DNA of 64,000 bases from an uncultured Gemmatimonadales bacterium (GTDB taxonomy: Bacteria > Gemmatimonadota > Gemmatimonadetes > Gemmatimonadales > GWC2-71-9), in assembly GCA_963771275.1 (NCBI GenBank), contig CAVYSW010000005.1:96001-160000 (forward strand), in the 5' to 3' direction. Both the position numbers and the translations under genes were made by a program. This document shows, piece after piece, positions 1 through 9,316 of the stretch. Under the pieces are notes generated by a model. The model saw only the letters and a list, made by a program, of their open reading frames with translations. It did not search any database and was not told where the DNA came from. Numbering within the stretch: position 1 is the stretch's first letter; each line of letters begins with the position of its first letter.

Positions 1-2559
1 CGCCGTCCGTACAAGAGCGTCCTGAACATCTGGGTCAAGCGGATCTCCGAGCCGTTCGACGCCGCCAAGCCGGTCACGGCCGACACGACGCGGCCGGTGT
101 CCGGGTACTTCTGGTCGCAGGACAGTCGCTCTCTGCTCTACGTGCAGGACAAGGGCGGCAACGAGAACTTCCACATCTACGCCGTGGACCCGTCGGCCAC
201 GCCGGACGCGGCCACCGGGGTCCCGCCGGCGCGCGACCTCACGCCCTACGGCGCCATCCAGGCGCGCATCACGGCGGTCCCCCGCCGGACGCCGAACACG
301 ATCATCGTGAGCCTCAACGATCGCGACCCGCAATATCACGACGTCTACCGGCTCGACATCACGACCGGGCAGCGCACGCTCGTGTTCGAGAACAAGGAAA
401 CCGTCGCGGGGTTCTTCACCGACGAGGACGGCAACCTCAAGCTCGGCGTGCGGGTGCAGCCCGACGGCAGCACCCAGATTCTGCGGGTGGACGGCACGGC
501 GCTCACGCCCGTGTACGAGTGCAGCAACGAGGAGACGTGCGGCCCGGTGCGGATGCACCAGGACGGGCGGCGGGTGTACATGATCACCAACAACGGCGCC
601 GGCATCGATCTCTCCCGGCTCGTCCTGTTCGACCCGCAGACGCAGCGGCTGGAGGTCGTCGAGTCGGATCCGGAGCAACAGGCGGACTTCGGCGGCGCGG
701 TCTTCTCGGACGTGACGGGAGACCTGCTCGCCACTGTGTACGTGGGAGACCGCGTCCGCATCTACCCCAAGACGAGGGATTTCGCGCGGGATCTCGAGAA
801 CATCCGGCAGCAGCTGCCCGACGGCGAGTTGGGCATCGGGGCGCAGACCGCCGACGAGCAGCTGTGGATCGTCTCGGTGTCACGGGACGTCGATCCGGGG
901 TCCGTCTACCTGTACAGCCGGGTCACCGGGAAGGCGACGCTGCTGTACCGTTCGCGGCCCGACTTGCCCAGCGACCAGCTCGCGTTCGAGAAGCCCGTGC
1001 GCTACGCGGCCCGGGACGGCCGCTCGATCCCGGCGTACCTCACGCTGCCGCGCGGAGTGCCGGCGAAGAACCTGCCGACGGTGATCCTGCCGCACGGTGG
1101 CCCGTGGGCCCGCGACGTGTGGGGCTACGACCCGTACGCGCAGTTCCTGGCGAACCGCGGCTACGCCGTGCTCCAGCCCAACTTCCGCGGCTCTACTGGG
1201 TATGGGAAGAAGTTCCTCAACGCCGGGAACAAGCAGTGGGGCACCGGCGCCATGCAGCACGACATCACCGACGGCGTGCGGTACCTGATTCAGGAGGGGA
1301 TCGCGGACCGCGGACGCGTCGGCATCTTCGGGGGCTCGTACGGGGGGTACGCCACGCTGGCCGGGCTGGCGTTCACGCCGGACCTGTATGCCGCGGGCGT
1401 CTCGTACGTGGGACCGTCCAACCTGATCACGCTGCTCAAGTCGATTCCGCCGTACTGGGCGCCGGTCCGGAAGATCTTCAACGTGCGGCTCGGGAACCCC
1501 GACGATTCGGTCGACGTCAAGCACCTCGAGGAGATGTCGCCGCTCAACTCGGCCGACAAGATCCGCGCGCCGCTGCTCGTGATCCAGGGCGCCAACGACC
1601 CGCGCGTCAACAAATCCGAGTCGGAGCAGATCGTCGTCTCGCTGCGCGATCGCGGCCGGCCGGTCGAGTACCTGCTGGCCCCGGACGAGGGCCACGGATT
1701 CGCGGGGCGCGAGAACCGGCTGGCGGTGGCGGCGGCGATGGAGCAGTTCTTCGCCGTGCACCTGCGGGGGCGCTATCAGGAGAGCATGCCGCCCGACGTC
1801 GCGGCGAAGCTCGCCGCGATCACGGTGGACCCGAAGACGGTGACGGTGAGCAAGGCGCCGCCGGGAGGAGCCGCGATGGCGGGCGCCATCCTCACCGCGT
1901 CGCAGGGCGCGACGCTGGTGCCGGTGACGCTGAGCTACAGCAGCACGATCAAGACGATGGGGCAGGAACGCCAGATGAGCGCGACCCGCACGGTCGCGAC
2001 GGCCGCGTTCGCGGGCCGGCCGGTGTGGCGCATCATCGATGCCGCGCAGGTCCAGGGCATGACGGTGGCCGATACGCTGGATCTCGATCGCGTGACGCTG
2101 CGGCCGGTGCGCCGCGATGCGTCGGCCGGGGCGACCGTCACGCTGCGGTTCGCCGCCGACAGTGTGAACGGCGCGATCCAGGTGAGCGGTCAGAAGCTCC
2201 CGATCGGCGCCGCGCTCGCCGGCCCGGTCTTCGCCGAGGGCGCGGGCACCGAGCTGGCCCTGGCGGGCCTCCCGCTCGCGCCCGGCTACCAGGCCACGAT
2301 GCGGGTGTTCGCCCTGCTGTCGCAGCAGGTCCGGCCGATGAAGATCGAGGTCACCGGAGCCGACACCGTGACCTGCGCGGCGGGCACGTTCGCGACCTTC
2401 GTGGTGCAGGTCACGCCGCAGGACGGGGACCAGGGCGGCACCGCGACGTATCACGTCACCCGGGACGCGCCGCATTTCGTCGTGCAGAGCTCGACCCAGC
2501 TCCCCGCCATGACCGGCGGAGGCACGAGCGAGGCCGTGCTGACCGCGGTGAAGCGGTAG
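1..2559 (+). CDS. S9 family (prolyl oligopeptidase/acylaminoacyl peptidase) serine peptidase with an extra C-terminal beta-rich domain; 5' end outside the window
   Basis: Frame 1 is open from base 1 (RRPYKSVLNIWV...). Motifs HGGP, GGSYGG nucleophile elbow, DPRV and EGHG; beta-propeller-like N-terminal part. Confidence 0.92.
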   Translation, partial: RRPYKSVLNIWVKRISEPFDAAKPVTADTTRPVSGYFWSQDSRSLLYVQDKGGNENFHIYAVDPSATPDAATGVPPARDLTPYGAIQARITAVPRRTPNTIIVSLNDRDPQYHDVYRLDITTGQRTLVFENKETVAGFFTDEDGNLKLGVRVQPDGSTQILRVDGTALTPVYECSNEETCGPVRMHQDGRRVYMITNNGAGIDLSRLVLFDPQTQRLEVVESDPEQQADFGGAVFSDVTGDLLATVYVGDRVRIYPKTRDFARDLENIRQQLPDGELGIGAQTADEQLWIVSVSRDVDPGSVYLYSRVTGKATLLYRSRPDLPSDQLAFEKPVRYAARDGRSIPAYLTLPRGVPAKNLPTVILPHGGPWARDVWGYDPYAQFLANRGYAVLQPNFRGSTGYGKKFLNAGNKQWGTGAMQHDITDGVRYLIQEGIADRGRVGIFGGSYGGYATLAGLAFTPDLYAAGVSYVGPSNLITLLKSIPPYWAPVRKIFNVRLGNPDDSVDVKHLEEMSPLNSADKIRAPLLVIQGANDPRVNKSESEQIVVSLRDRGRPVEYLLAPDEGHGFAGRENRLAVAAAMEQFFAVHLRGRYQESMPPDVAAKLAAITVDPKTVTVSKAPPGGAAMAGAILTASQGATLVPVTLSYSSTIKTMGQERQMSATRTVATAAFAGRPVWRIIDAAQVQGMTVADTLDLDRVTLRPVRRDASAGATVTLRFAADSVNGAIQVSGQKLPIGAALAGPVFAEGAGTELALAGLPLAPGYQATMRVFALLSQQVRPMKIEVTGADTVTCAAGTFATFVVQVTPQDGDQGGTATYHVTRDAPHFVVQSSTQLPAMTGGGTSEAVLTAVKR

Positions 2560-2624
2560 CGCATGCCCGCGTCGTCGCTCGGGGAGATCGTCGAAGAACG
2601 CGTTAGCCCGGGAGGCAAGGAGCG

Positions 2625-3104
2625 ATGAAGGACACCATTCGGTTCAGGGTGAACGGCCGTCCGGTGACGCTGGAGACCGACGCTACCCGCATGCTGCTCT
2701 GGGTGCTGCGCACGGATCTCGAGCTGACCGGGACCAAGTACGGCTGTGGGGTGGGCCTGTGCGGGTCCTGCACCGTGATCGTGGACGGACACGTGGCGCG
2801 AGCCTGTCAGACGAGCCTCGGGTCCGTCCAGGGGAAGGCCGTCACCACGATCGAGGGGCTCGCCCAGAACGGGAAGCTCGACCCGCTGCAGCAGGCGTTT
2901 CTCGAGCACGGGGGCTACCAGTGCGGGTACTGCACGCCCGGCATGATCATGAACGCGTACGGGCTGCTGCTGCGAAACCCGAAACCCACGCGCGACGAGA
3001 TCCTGCAAGGCATGGAGAGCAACCTGTGTCGCTGTGGCGCGCACACGCGGATTCTCGCGGCGATCGCCGCGGTCGCGGGCCGGGGGGAGGCCAGCCATGA
3101 CTGA
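2625..3104 (+). CDS. (2Fe-2S)-binding small subunit, CoxS/IorA family
   Basis: GTKYGCGVGLCGSC, QCGYC and NLCRC motifs; AAGGAG RBS. Confidence 0.95.
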   Translation: MKDTIRFRVNGRPVTLETDATRMLLWVLRTDLELTGTKYGCGVGLCGSCTVIVDGHVARACQTSLGSVQGKAVTTIEGLAQNGKLDPLQQAFLEHGGYQCGYCTPGMIMNAYGLLLRNPKPTRDEILQGMESNLCRCGAHTRILAAIAAVAGRGEASHD

Positions 3105-5220
3105 CGCGACGCGGCTGGACCGGCGCGACTTCGTCAAGCTGCTGGGCGGCGGCATCCTGGTCGTGGTGCATTGGCCGCGCTCGGCGATCCCCGGGCTGGA
3201 CGAGCTGCAGCAGCGCCGCGGCTACCCCGAGGACATCAACGCCTACCTGCACATCGCCGCCGACGGGAAGGTGACCCTGTTCTCGGGCAAGATCGAGATG
3301 GGGCAGGGCGTGATGACGTCGCTCACGCAGATGGCCGCGGAGGACCTCGGCGTGGCACTCGACGCCATCCACATCGTGATGGGCGACACCGCCCTGTGCC
3401 CGTGGGACATGGGCACGTTCGGCTCGATGACCACGCGGATGTTCGGGCCGGCCGTGCGCGCCGCCGCAGCGCAGGCGCGGCTGGTCCTCACCGATCTCGC
3501 CGCCCAGCGCCTCGGCGTGCCGCGGACGGCGCTGACCGTCGAGCACGGCGTGGTCTACGTGGCGGCCGACCGCGGCCGCCGGCTGTCGTACGGGGAGCTG
3601 GCCAAGGGCCAGCAGATCACCCATACCGTGGACGAAAAGGCGGTGCTCCGCGCGGTCAAGGACTTCAGCGTGATGGGCCGGTCGCCGCAGCGGCTTGACG
3701 GGAAGGAGAAGGTCACCGGGACGGCCAAGTACGCGGGCGACATCCGGCTGCCGGGAATGCTCTATGCCCGGATCGTCCGCCCGCCCGCGCACGGCGCCAC
3801 GCTGACGCGCGTCGACACCGCGGCGGCGGCGGCGATGCCCGGCGTCATGGTGGTGCAGCAGGACGACATGGTGGCGGTGCTCGCGGCCGATCCGGAGGCG
3901 GCCGGCAGGGCGCTCGCGGCCGTGCGGGCCGACTTCGATGTTCCCGCGGCGGCGGTGGACACCGAGAGCATCTTCGCGCACCTGGTGGAGGCGGCACCGG
4001 CTCCCAACACCCGCGAGTCGGCGGGCGATCTGTCCGCAGGCCGGGCGCGGGCGGCGAAGACGTTCAGCGCCACGTACTACAACAGTTACGTGGCCCACGC
4101 GCCGATGGAGCCGCACACGGCGGTGGCGGAGGTCAAGGACGGCAAGGCGACCGTGTGGTCGTCGGCGCAGACCCCGTTCCCGCAGCAGGCGACGATCGCA
4201 CGCGCACTCGGGCTCGCCGAGGGGGACGTCCGCGTGCTGACGCCGTACGTGGGCGGCGGGTTCGGCGGGAAGTCGGAGGGGCGGCAGGCGGTCGAGGCCG
4301 CGCAGCTCGCCAAGATCACCGGCAAGCCGGTGCAGGTCGCCTGGACCCGGGCGGAGGAGTTCTTCTACGACACCTTCCGGCCCGCGGCGGTGGTCCGGGT
4401 GGACTCCGCGGTCGACGCGGCCGGGAAGCTCACCCTGTGGGACTACCAGGTGTACGGAGCGGGCTCGCGCGGCTCCGACGTGTTCTACGACGTGCCGAAC
4501 CGGAGCGTCAAGGTGTACGGCGAGTGGGGCCGCGCGCCCGAGGGCTTCCACCCGTTCGCGATCGGTCCGTGGCGGGCCCCTGCGGCGAACACCAACCGGT
4601 TCGCGGCCGAGCAGCAGATCGACCTCATGGCGGCGGCCGCGGGGATCGATCCGCTGGCGTTCCGACTGCGGAATACCAGCGATAAGCGGATGGTCACCGT
4701 CCTGAAGGCGGTGGCCGAAGCGGCCCGGTGGACCGCCGCCGTCGCGCCCCGGAAGGGCGGCCGGGGTCGGGGCCTGGCTTGCGGCATCGACGCGGGGGCC
4801 TACGTGGCTCTGGTCGCCGACGTCACCGTCGACGCCACGACCGGCGCGGTCAAGGTGGACCGGGTGGTGGGCGCCCAGGAGATGGGCGTCGTGGTGAACC
4901 CCGACGGCGCGCGGATGCAGGTCGAGGGATGCATCACGATGGGGCTGGGCTACGCGCTCAGCGAGGAGGTCCGGTTCGAGGGCGGCAAGATCCTCGACGC
5001 CAACTTCGGCACCTACGGGCTGCCGCGGTTCTCCTGGGTGCCGACGATCGAGACGGTCCTGGTCGCCAACGACGACCTCCCGCCGCAGGGCGGGGGCGAG
5101 CCCGCGATCATCAACATGGGCGCCGTCGTTGCCAACGCGATCTTCGATGCGACGGGCGCCAGGCTGTACCGCCTGCCGATGACGCCGGAGCGGGTGCTGG
5201 CCGAGATCAGGAAGGGATGA
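3097..5220 (+). CDS. Molybdopterin-binding large subunit, isoquinoline 1-oxidoreductase beta/aldehyde oxidoreductase family, Tat-exported
   Basis: N-terminal DRRDFVK twin-arginine motif; EMGQG, HAPMEP, GGGFGG and GGGEP motifs; overlaps the small-subunit stop. Confidence 0.92.
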   Translation: MTDATRLDRRDFVKLLGGGILVVVHWPRSAIPGLDELQQRRGYPEDINAYLHIAADGKVTLFSGKIEMGQGVMTSLTQMAAEDLGVALDAIHIVMGDTALCPWDMGTFGSMTTRMFGPAVRAAAAQARLVLTDLAAQRLGVPRTALTVEHGVVYVAADRGRRLSYGELAKGQQITHTVDEKAVLRAVKDFSVMGRSPQRLDGKEKVTGTAKYAGDIRLPGMLYARIVRPPAHGATLTRVDTAAAAAMPGVMVVQQDDMVAVLAADPEAAGRALAAVRADFDVPAAAVDTESIFAHLVEAAPAPNTRESAGDLSAGRARAAKTFSATYYNSYVAHAPMEPHTAVAEVKDGKATVWSSAQTPFPQQATIARALGLAEGDVRVLTPYVGGGFGGKSEGRQAVEAAQLAKITGKPVQVAWTRAEEFFYDTFRPAAVVRVDSAVDAAGKLTLWDYQVYGAGSRGSDVFYDVPNRSVKVYGEWGRAPEGFHPFAIGPWRAPAANTNRFAAEQQIDLMAAAAGIDPLAFRLRNTSDKRMVTVLKAVAEAARWTAAVAPRKGGRGRGLACGIDAGAYVALVADVTVDATTGAVKVDRVVGAQEMGVVVNPDGARMQVEGCITMGLGYALSEEVRFEGGKILDANFGTYGLPRFSWVPTIETVLVANDDLPPQGGGEPAIINMGAVVANAIFDATGARLYRLPMTPERVLAEIRKG

Positions 5221-5275
5221 CAGACCGCCGCCGCCCGCGGGGAGTGCACGCAGAGACGCCTCAAGGAGGCTGCAC

Positions 5276-6391
5276 GTGCCGACTGCCTGGACCATGACCC
5301 GTCTGCTGGCTCCCGCCACCCTGGGAGTGGCGCTGCTCGCGGCCGCGGCGCCGCGTTCCGGCCCGGCCGTCGCGCGCGTCGCGCCCGACTCGCTCGACGA
5401 CGGGCCGCACGTCTACTGGGTCGATTCCTCCCGTGCCGTCGTGCTCTACGTGTGCCACGGCGCCGTGAAGCTCGAGCGCGTTCAGGTGGCGGACACGCTG
5501 CGGTTCCACGGGCTGTGCGCGGACTCGCTGGAAGAGTATCGCCTCGCGGCCCGACCGCCCCGGATCGAGCCCGACGCGTTTGGCGGCGTTCCGCGGATCC
5601 TCGCGGTCAGCGACGTCCACGGGGACTACGACCGGCTCGTGACGTTCCTCCAGCGGGCGGGCGTCGTCGATCGGCGACTCCGCTGGGCGTGGGGCGACGG
5701 CCACCTGGTCGTGGATGGCGACGTGTTCGATCGGGGTGCCGGCGTCACCCAGGCCCTCTGGCTGATCCGTCGGCTCGAGGACGAGGCCCGGGCCTCCGGC
5801 GGCCGGGTACACTACCTGCTCGGCAACCATGAGCTCATGGCCCTGCGCGGTGACACCCGCTACGTGAACCCGAAGTACCTCGGCGGCATCGTCCGTCTGA
5901 GCCGCGTCAGCTACGAGGATCTGGTGGGCCCGGACATGGAGCTGGGGCGCTGGCTGCGGACCAAGCACGTCGCGATCCGGCTGAACGACATCCTGTTCGT
6001 GCACGGCGGGCTGAGCCCGGCGATGGCGGCCCGCGGCCTCGCGCTCGCGGACCTCAACGCGGCGGTCCGCGGCATGATCGACCTCAAGTCCTACGAGCTG
6101 GCGCTGGGGGACCATCCGGCGTTCCTGCTGGGGACCGGTGGGCCGCTGTGGTACCGCGGATACCACTACGCCATGGACGGCGCCTACCCGCAGATCTCCG
6201 CGCCGCAGCTCGACAGCGTGCTGGCGTTCTACGGCGCGCGGGCCGTGGTCGTCGGTCACACGGAGCTGCCGGGGGTGCGGCGCCTCTACGACGGCCGGGC
6301 GTGGGGGGTCGACGTGCCGGTCGACTCGCTGGGTGGATTCCAGGGACTCCTGTGGGAGGGCGGCACGTTCACTCAAGTCCCCAAGGAGTGA
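5276..6391 (+). CDS. Secreted calcineurin-like metallophosphoesterase (Shewanella-like phosphatase type)
   Basis: SDVHG, GDVFDRG, LGNHE, VHGG and GHT motifs; signal-peptide-like N-terminus; AAGGAGG before GTG 5276 (alternative ATG 5294). Confidence 0.88.
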   Translation: MPTAWTMTRLLAPATLGVALLAAAAPRSGPAVARVAPDSLDDGPHVYWVDSSRAVVLYVCHGAVKLERVQVADTLRFHGLCADSLEEYRLAARPPRIEPDAFGGVPRILAVSDVHGDYDRLVTFLQRAGVVDRRLRWAWGDGHLVVDGDVFDRGAGVTQALWLIRRLEDEARASGGRVHYLLGNHELMALRGDTRYVNPKYLGGIVRLSRVSYEDLVGPDMELGRWLRTKHVAIRLNDILFVHGGLSPAMAARGLALADLNAAVRGMIDLKSYELALGDHPAFLLGTGGPLWYRGYHYAMDGAYPQISAPQLDSVLAFYGARAVVVGHTELPGVRRLYDGRAWGVDVPVDSLGGFQGLLWEGGTFTQVPKE

Positions 6392-6408
6392 GCGCGAGAG
6401 CGAGCGGA

Positions 6409-6693
6409 TCAGCTCAGCAGGGCGAAGCCCGCCGCGCGGAAGTGCTCGTCGTACGCGAACGCCACCGAGAACCGCCGCACCCGCATCAGTTCGAAGCTCA
6501 CCGCGTCCGTGAGGGAGAAGCGCTGGTCGCCGAATCGCTCGAGCCACCGGCTCACTGCCGAGCCGATCAAGTCCGTGGTCACACCTTCCCACGCGTAGGC
6601 CGGATCCTCCAGCAAGGCCGCGTCGTGGTACTGGTCTCTCGGGCTGGCGACCGCGAGCAGCGCGCTGGTGTCGACCAGGACGGATGCGCTCAC
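6409..6693 (-). pseudogene. PIN-domain (VapC-like) toxin, apparently with an internal deletion
   Basis: VDTSAL N-terminal motif and SLTDAVSF...AFAYDEHF...GF C-terminal motif, but only 94 aa; the central segment with the second acidic residue is missing. Confidence 0.7.
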
Positions 6694-6904
6694 TTGGCGC
6701 GCTTCTTAAGAAGGGGCGCCGCTCCGTACAAGTAGTCGTCGTGCCGGGCCGCGAGGTCCGCGGGGAGATCGGGGTCGTCACCGAGCGCCCCGCTCAGCGC
6801 GGCGAGCGACCATCCGGGCGCCCGGTCCCCGAGCAGGCGGTCGGCAAGCTGCCGCAATCCCCGGCGCAGCAGCTCCGCCCGGGCGAGGCCGGTGCGCCGC
6901 GCAT
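6690..6904 (-). pseudogene. CopG/ribbon-helix-helix antitoxin remnant (VapB-like), 5' end disrupted
   Basis: ARRTGLARAELLRRGL helix pair and a C-terminal DLAARHDDYLY typical of these antitoxins; GTGA overlap with the PIN gene; the nearest ATG (6904) is out of frame. Confidence 0.55.
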
Positions 6905-6974
6905 GTACCCCGATCTGGCGGGCGGGCCCGGGGCGGCGCACCTTAGCTGCTTCCACACTTCGGGAGCGACTCCC

Positions 6975-7412
6975 ATGGCAGCCATCAACACCGGTCGTGT
7001 GATCGTCGGCGGTCTCGTCGCCGGACTCATCATCAACGTCGTCGAGTTCGTGATGAACATGTTCGTGCTCGCCGGCGACATGAAGGCGGTGTACGAGAAG
7101 ATGGGAGTCGCCGAGCCGGGCGGCGCGGCGATCGGCGGGTACGTGGCGCTCGCGTTCGTGCTCGGCCTGCTGCTCGCGTGGCTCTACGCGGCCATCCGGC
7201 CGCGCTTTGGCGCGGGCCCGAAGACGGCGGCCATCGCGGCGCTGGTTCTGTGGATCGGTGCGGCGCTGGTCCCCATGGTCGCCTGGGTGATGATGGGGAC
7301 GTATCCGATGCGGCTCGTGATCATCGGGCTGGTTTACGGCTTCGTCGAGTACCTGATCGGCGCGCTGGCCGCCGGCGCGATCTATCGGGAGGGTGGGGCG
7401 ACGGCCGTGTAG
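6975..7412 (+). CDS. Small integral membrane protein, about 4 TM helices, unknown function
   Basis: GGAG RBS, ATG 6975, four hydrophobic segments, GC3-biased codons. Confidence 0.82.
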   Translation: MAAINTGRVIVGGLVAGLIINVVEFVMNMFVLAGDMKAVYEKMGVAEPGGAAIGGYVALAFVLGLLLAWLYAAIRPRFGAGPKTAAIAALVLWIGAALVPMVAWVMMGTYPMRLVIIGLVYGFVEYLIGALAAGAIYREGGATAV

Positions 7413-7454
7413 GCGGCAGCCGCACTCAGGGGTGCGGTGGCGTCGGAGGGACTG

Positions 7455-7489
7455 GCGAGTGGCCCGGAGGCGGACCACTCGCTTTTTTT
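7455..7489 (+). terminator. Intrinsic (Rho-independent) terminator
   Basis: GCGAGTGG(c)CCG-gagg-CGG(a)CCACTCGC stem-loop followed by T7. Confidence 0.75.
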
Positions 7490-7560
7490 CGTGGTGCGCG
7501 GCCCCCTGGATCCGGCGGCGATGAACCGGATGAGCGGGCACTTTCCGTGGGAGGAAGTCG

Positions 7561-9093
7561 ATGATCCGTATTGGCACCGGCAAACCGCTGGCCATCGAGG
7601 ACGTGGTCCGCGTGGCGCGGGACGGCGAGCAGATCGAGCTTGCCCCCGCGGCGATCGCGCGGATCGGGCGCTGCCGCACCGTGCTCGAGCGCAAGCTCGC
7701 CGCCCACGAGGTGATGTACGGCGTCAATACCGGGATCGGCGAGCTCGCGGAGGTGGCGCTCGATGACGAGCAGGTCAGGCAGTTCCAGCGCTATCTGATC
7801 TACAACCATGCCGCGGGCATCGGGCGGCCCGCCGCCGTCGAGCACGTCCGGGCCGCCATGCTGTCGCGCGTCGCCGTCCACGCCAATGGCTTCTCGGGCT
7901 GCCGCCCCGAGATTCCGCTCACCTACGTGGCCTTGCTCAACCACGGCGTGACCCCGATCGCCTGCGAGAAGGGCAGCGTCGGCGCCTGCGGCGACCTCGC
8001 GCCCATGAGCCAGATCGCGCTCTCCCTGATGGGAGAGGGTGAGTGCTTCCATCAGGGAGAGCGCATCGCCACGAAGACCGCCATGGAGCGGGCGGGCATC
8101 CCGATCCCCGGTCTGCGGGCGCGCGACGGCCTGGCGGCGATCAACGGGTCGAACCTGATCACCGGGATGGCGTGCCTCATGCTCCACGACGTCGAGCGCT
8201 GGATCAAGCAGGCGGAGATCGCCGCCGCGATGAGCTTGGAGGCGCTGCTCGCCAACCCGCGACCCTATCAGCCCCGGCTCCACGAGCTCCGCGGGTTCCG
8301 CGGTGCCATGACGAGCGCGGCCAACCTGCGGAAGGCGATGGAGGGATCCGACCTGGTGAGCGGCACGCTCAAGGTCAAGGTGCAGGACGCCTACTCGATG
8401 CGCTCCACGCCGCAGGTGATCGGCGCGCTGCGCGACGCCATGGCCTATGCCCGCCGCCAGATCGAGACGGAGCTCAACGGCGTGGCCGACAACCCGATCT
8501 TCCTCGCGGACGAAGACCTGGTCCTGACGGGCGCCAACTTCCAGGGAACGCCGGTGTCGCTGCCGCTCGATCTCATCGGGGCCGGCGTCACGATGGTGAG
8601 CGTGCTGTCCGAGCGCCGGCTCAACCGGCTGCTGAATCCGGCCCTGTCGGTCGGCCTCCCCGCGTTCCTCACGAAGGGTGCCGGCATGTTCTCGGGCCAC
8701 ATGCTCTCCCAGTACACCGCCGATGCGCTGATCGCGGAGCAGCGCATCCTCTCGGCCCCGGCCTGCGTGCAGTCCATTCCCGCGGCGGCCGACCAGGAGG
8801 ACTTCGTGAGCATGGGGATGAACACGGCGCTCAAGACGAAGCAGATCCTGGAGAACGCCCGTGGCGTGCTGGGCATCGAGCTGATCGCGGCGGCCCAGGC
8901 ACTCGACTTCCGGGACTTCACGCCTGGCCGGGGCGTGGACGCCGGCCACCGCGCCGTCCGACGGGTCGTGGCGCACCTCGAGGAGGACCGTCCCCTGTTC
9001 ACCGACCACAACGCCATGGCCGCCGCCGTGGAACGGGGTGACGTGCTCGACGCGGTGGAGCGGGAAGTGGGCGCGCTCGGCAGCTCCTGGTGA
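7561..9093 (+). CDS. Aromatic amino-acid ammonia-lyase (HAL/PAL family) with Ala-Cys-Gly at the MIO site
   Basis: YGVNTG, GSVGACGDLAP, QDAYSMR, DNP, NF and QEDFVSMG motifs; GGAGG RBS. Confidence 0.92.
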   Translation: MIRIGTGKPLAIEDVVRVARDGEQIELAPAAIARIGRCRTVLERKLAAHEVMYGVNTGIGELAEVALDDEQVRQFQRYLIYNHAAGIGRPAAVEHVRAAMLSRVAVHANGFSGCRPEIPLTYVALLNHGVTPIACEKGSVGACGDLAPMSQIALSLMGEGECFHQGERIATKTAMERAGIPIPGLRARDGLAAINGSNLITGMACLMLHDVERWIKQAEIAAAMSLEALLANPRPYQPRLHELRGFRGAMTSAANLRKAMEGSDLVSGTLKVKVQDAYSMRSTPQVIGALRDAMAYARRQIETELNGVADNPIFLADEDLVLTGANFQGTPVSLPLDLIGAGVTMVSVLSERRLNRLLNPALSVGLPAFLTKGAGMFSGHMLSQYTADALIAEQRILSAPACVQSIPAAADQEDFVSMGMNTALKTKQILENARGVLGIELIAAAQALDFRDFTPGRGVDAGHRAVRRVVAHLEEDRPLFTDHNAMAAAVERGDVLDAVEREVGALGSSW

Positions 9094-9316
9094 GGGGAAC
9101 GGGCTGTGAAGTCCCCGTGAAGGCCGCCCGGGAGGTGTGAAGGGGGAGGCCGCCGGCTCGCGCCGGAACCTGCAGCCCTGGCGGACGTAGTATGCGGCGT
9201 CCACCGGGACGACCGAACGGCTGAGCGGCGTGCGTGCGGCGCGACCGGGTGGCCCCGACCACGCGGGCCGATCGCGTCGGCGGTGGGAGCGTCCCATCGG
9301 CGTGAGGTTGGTCCCG

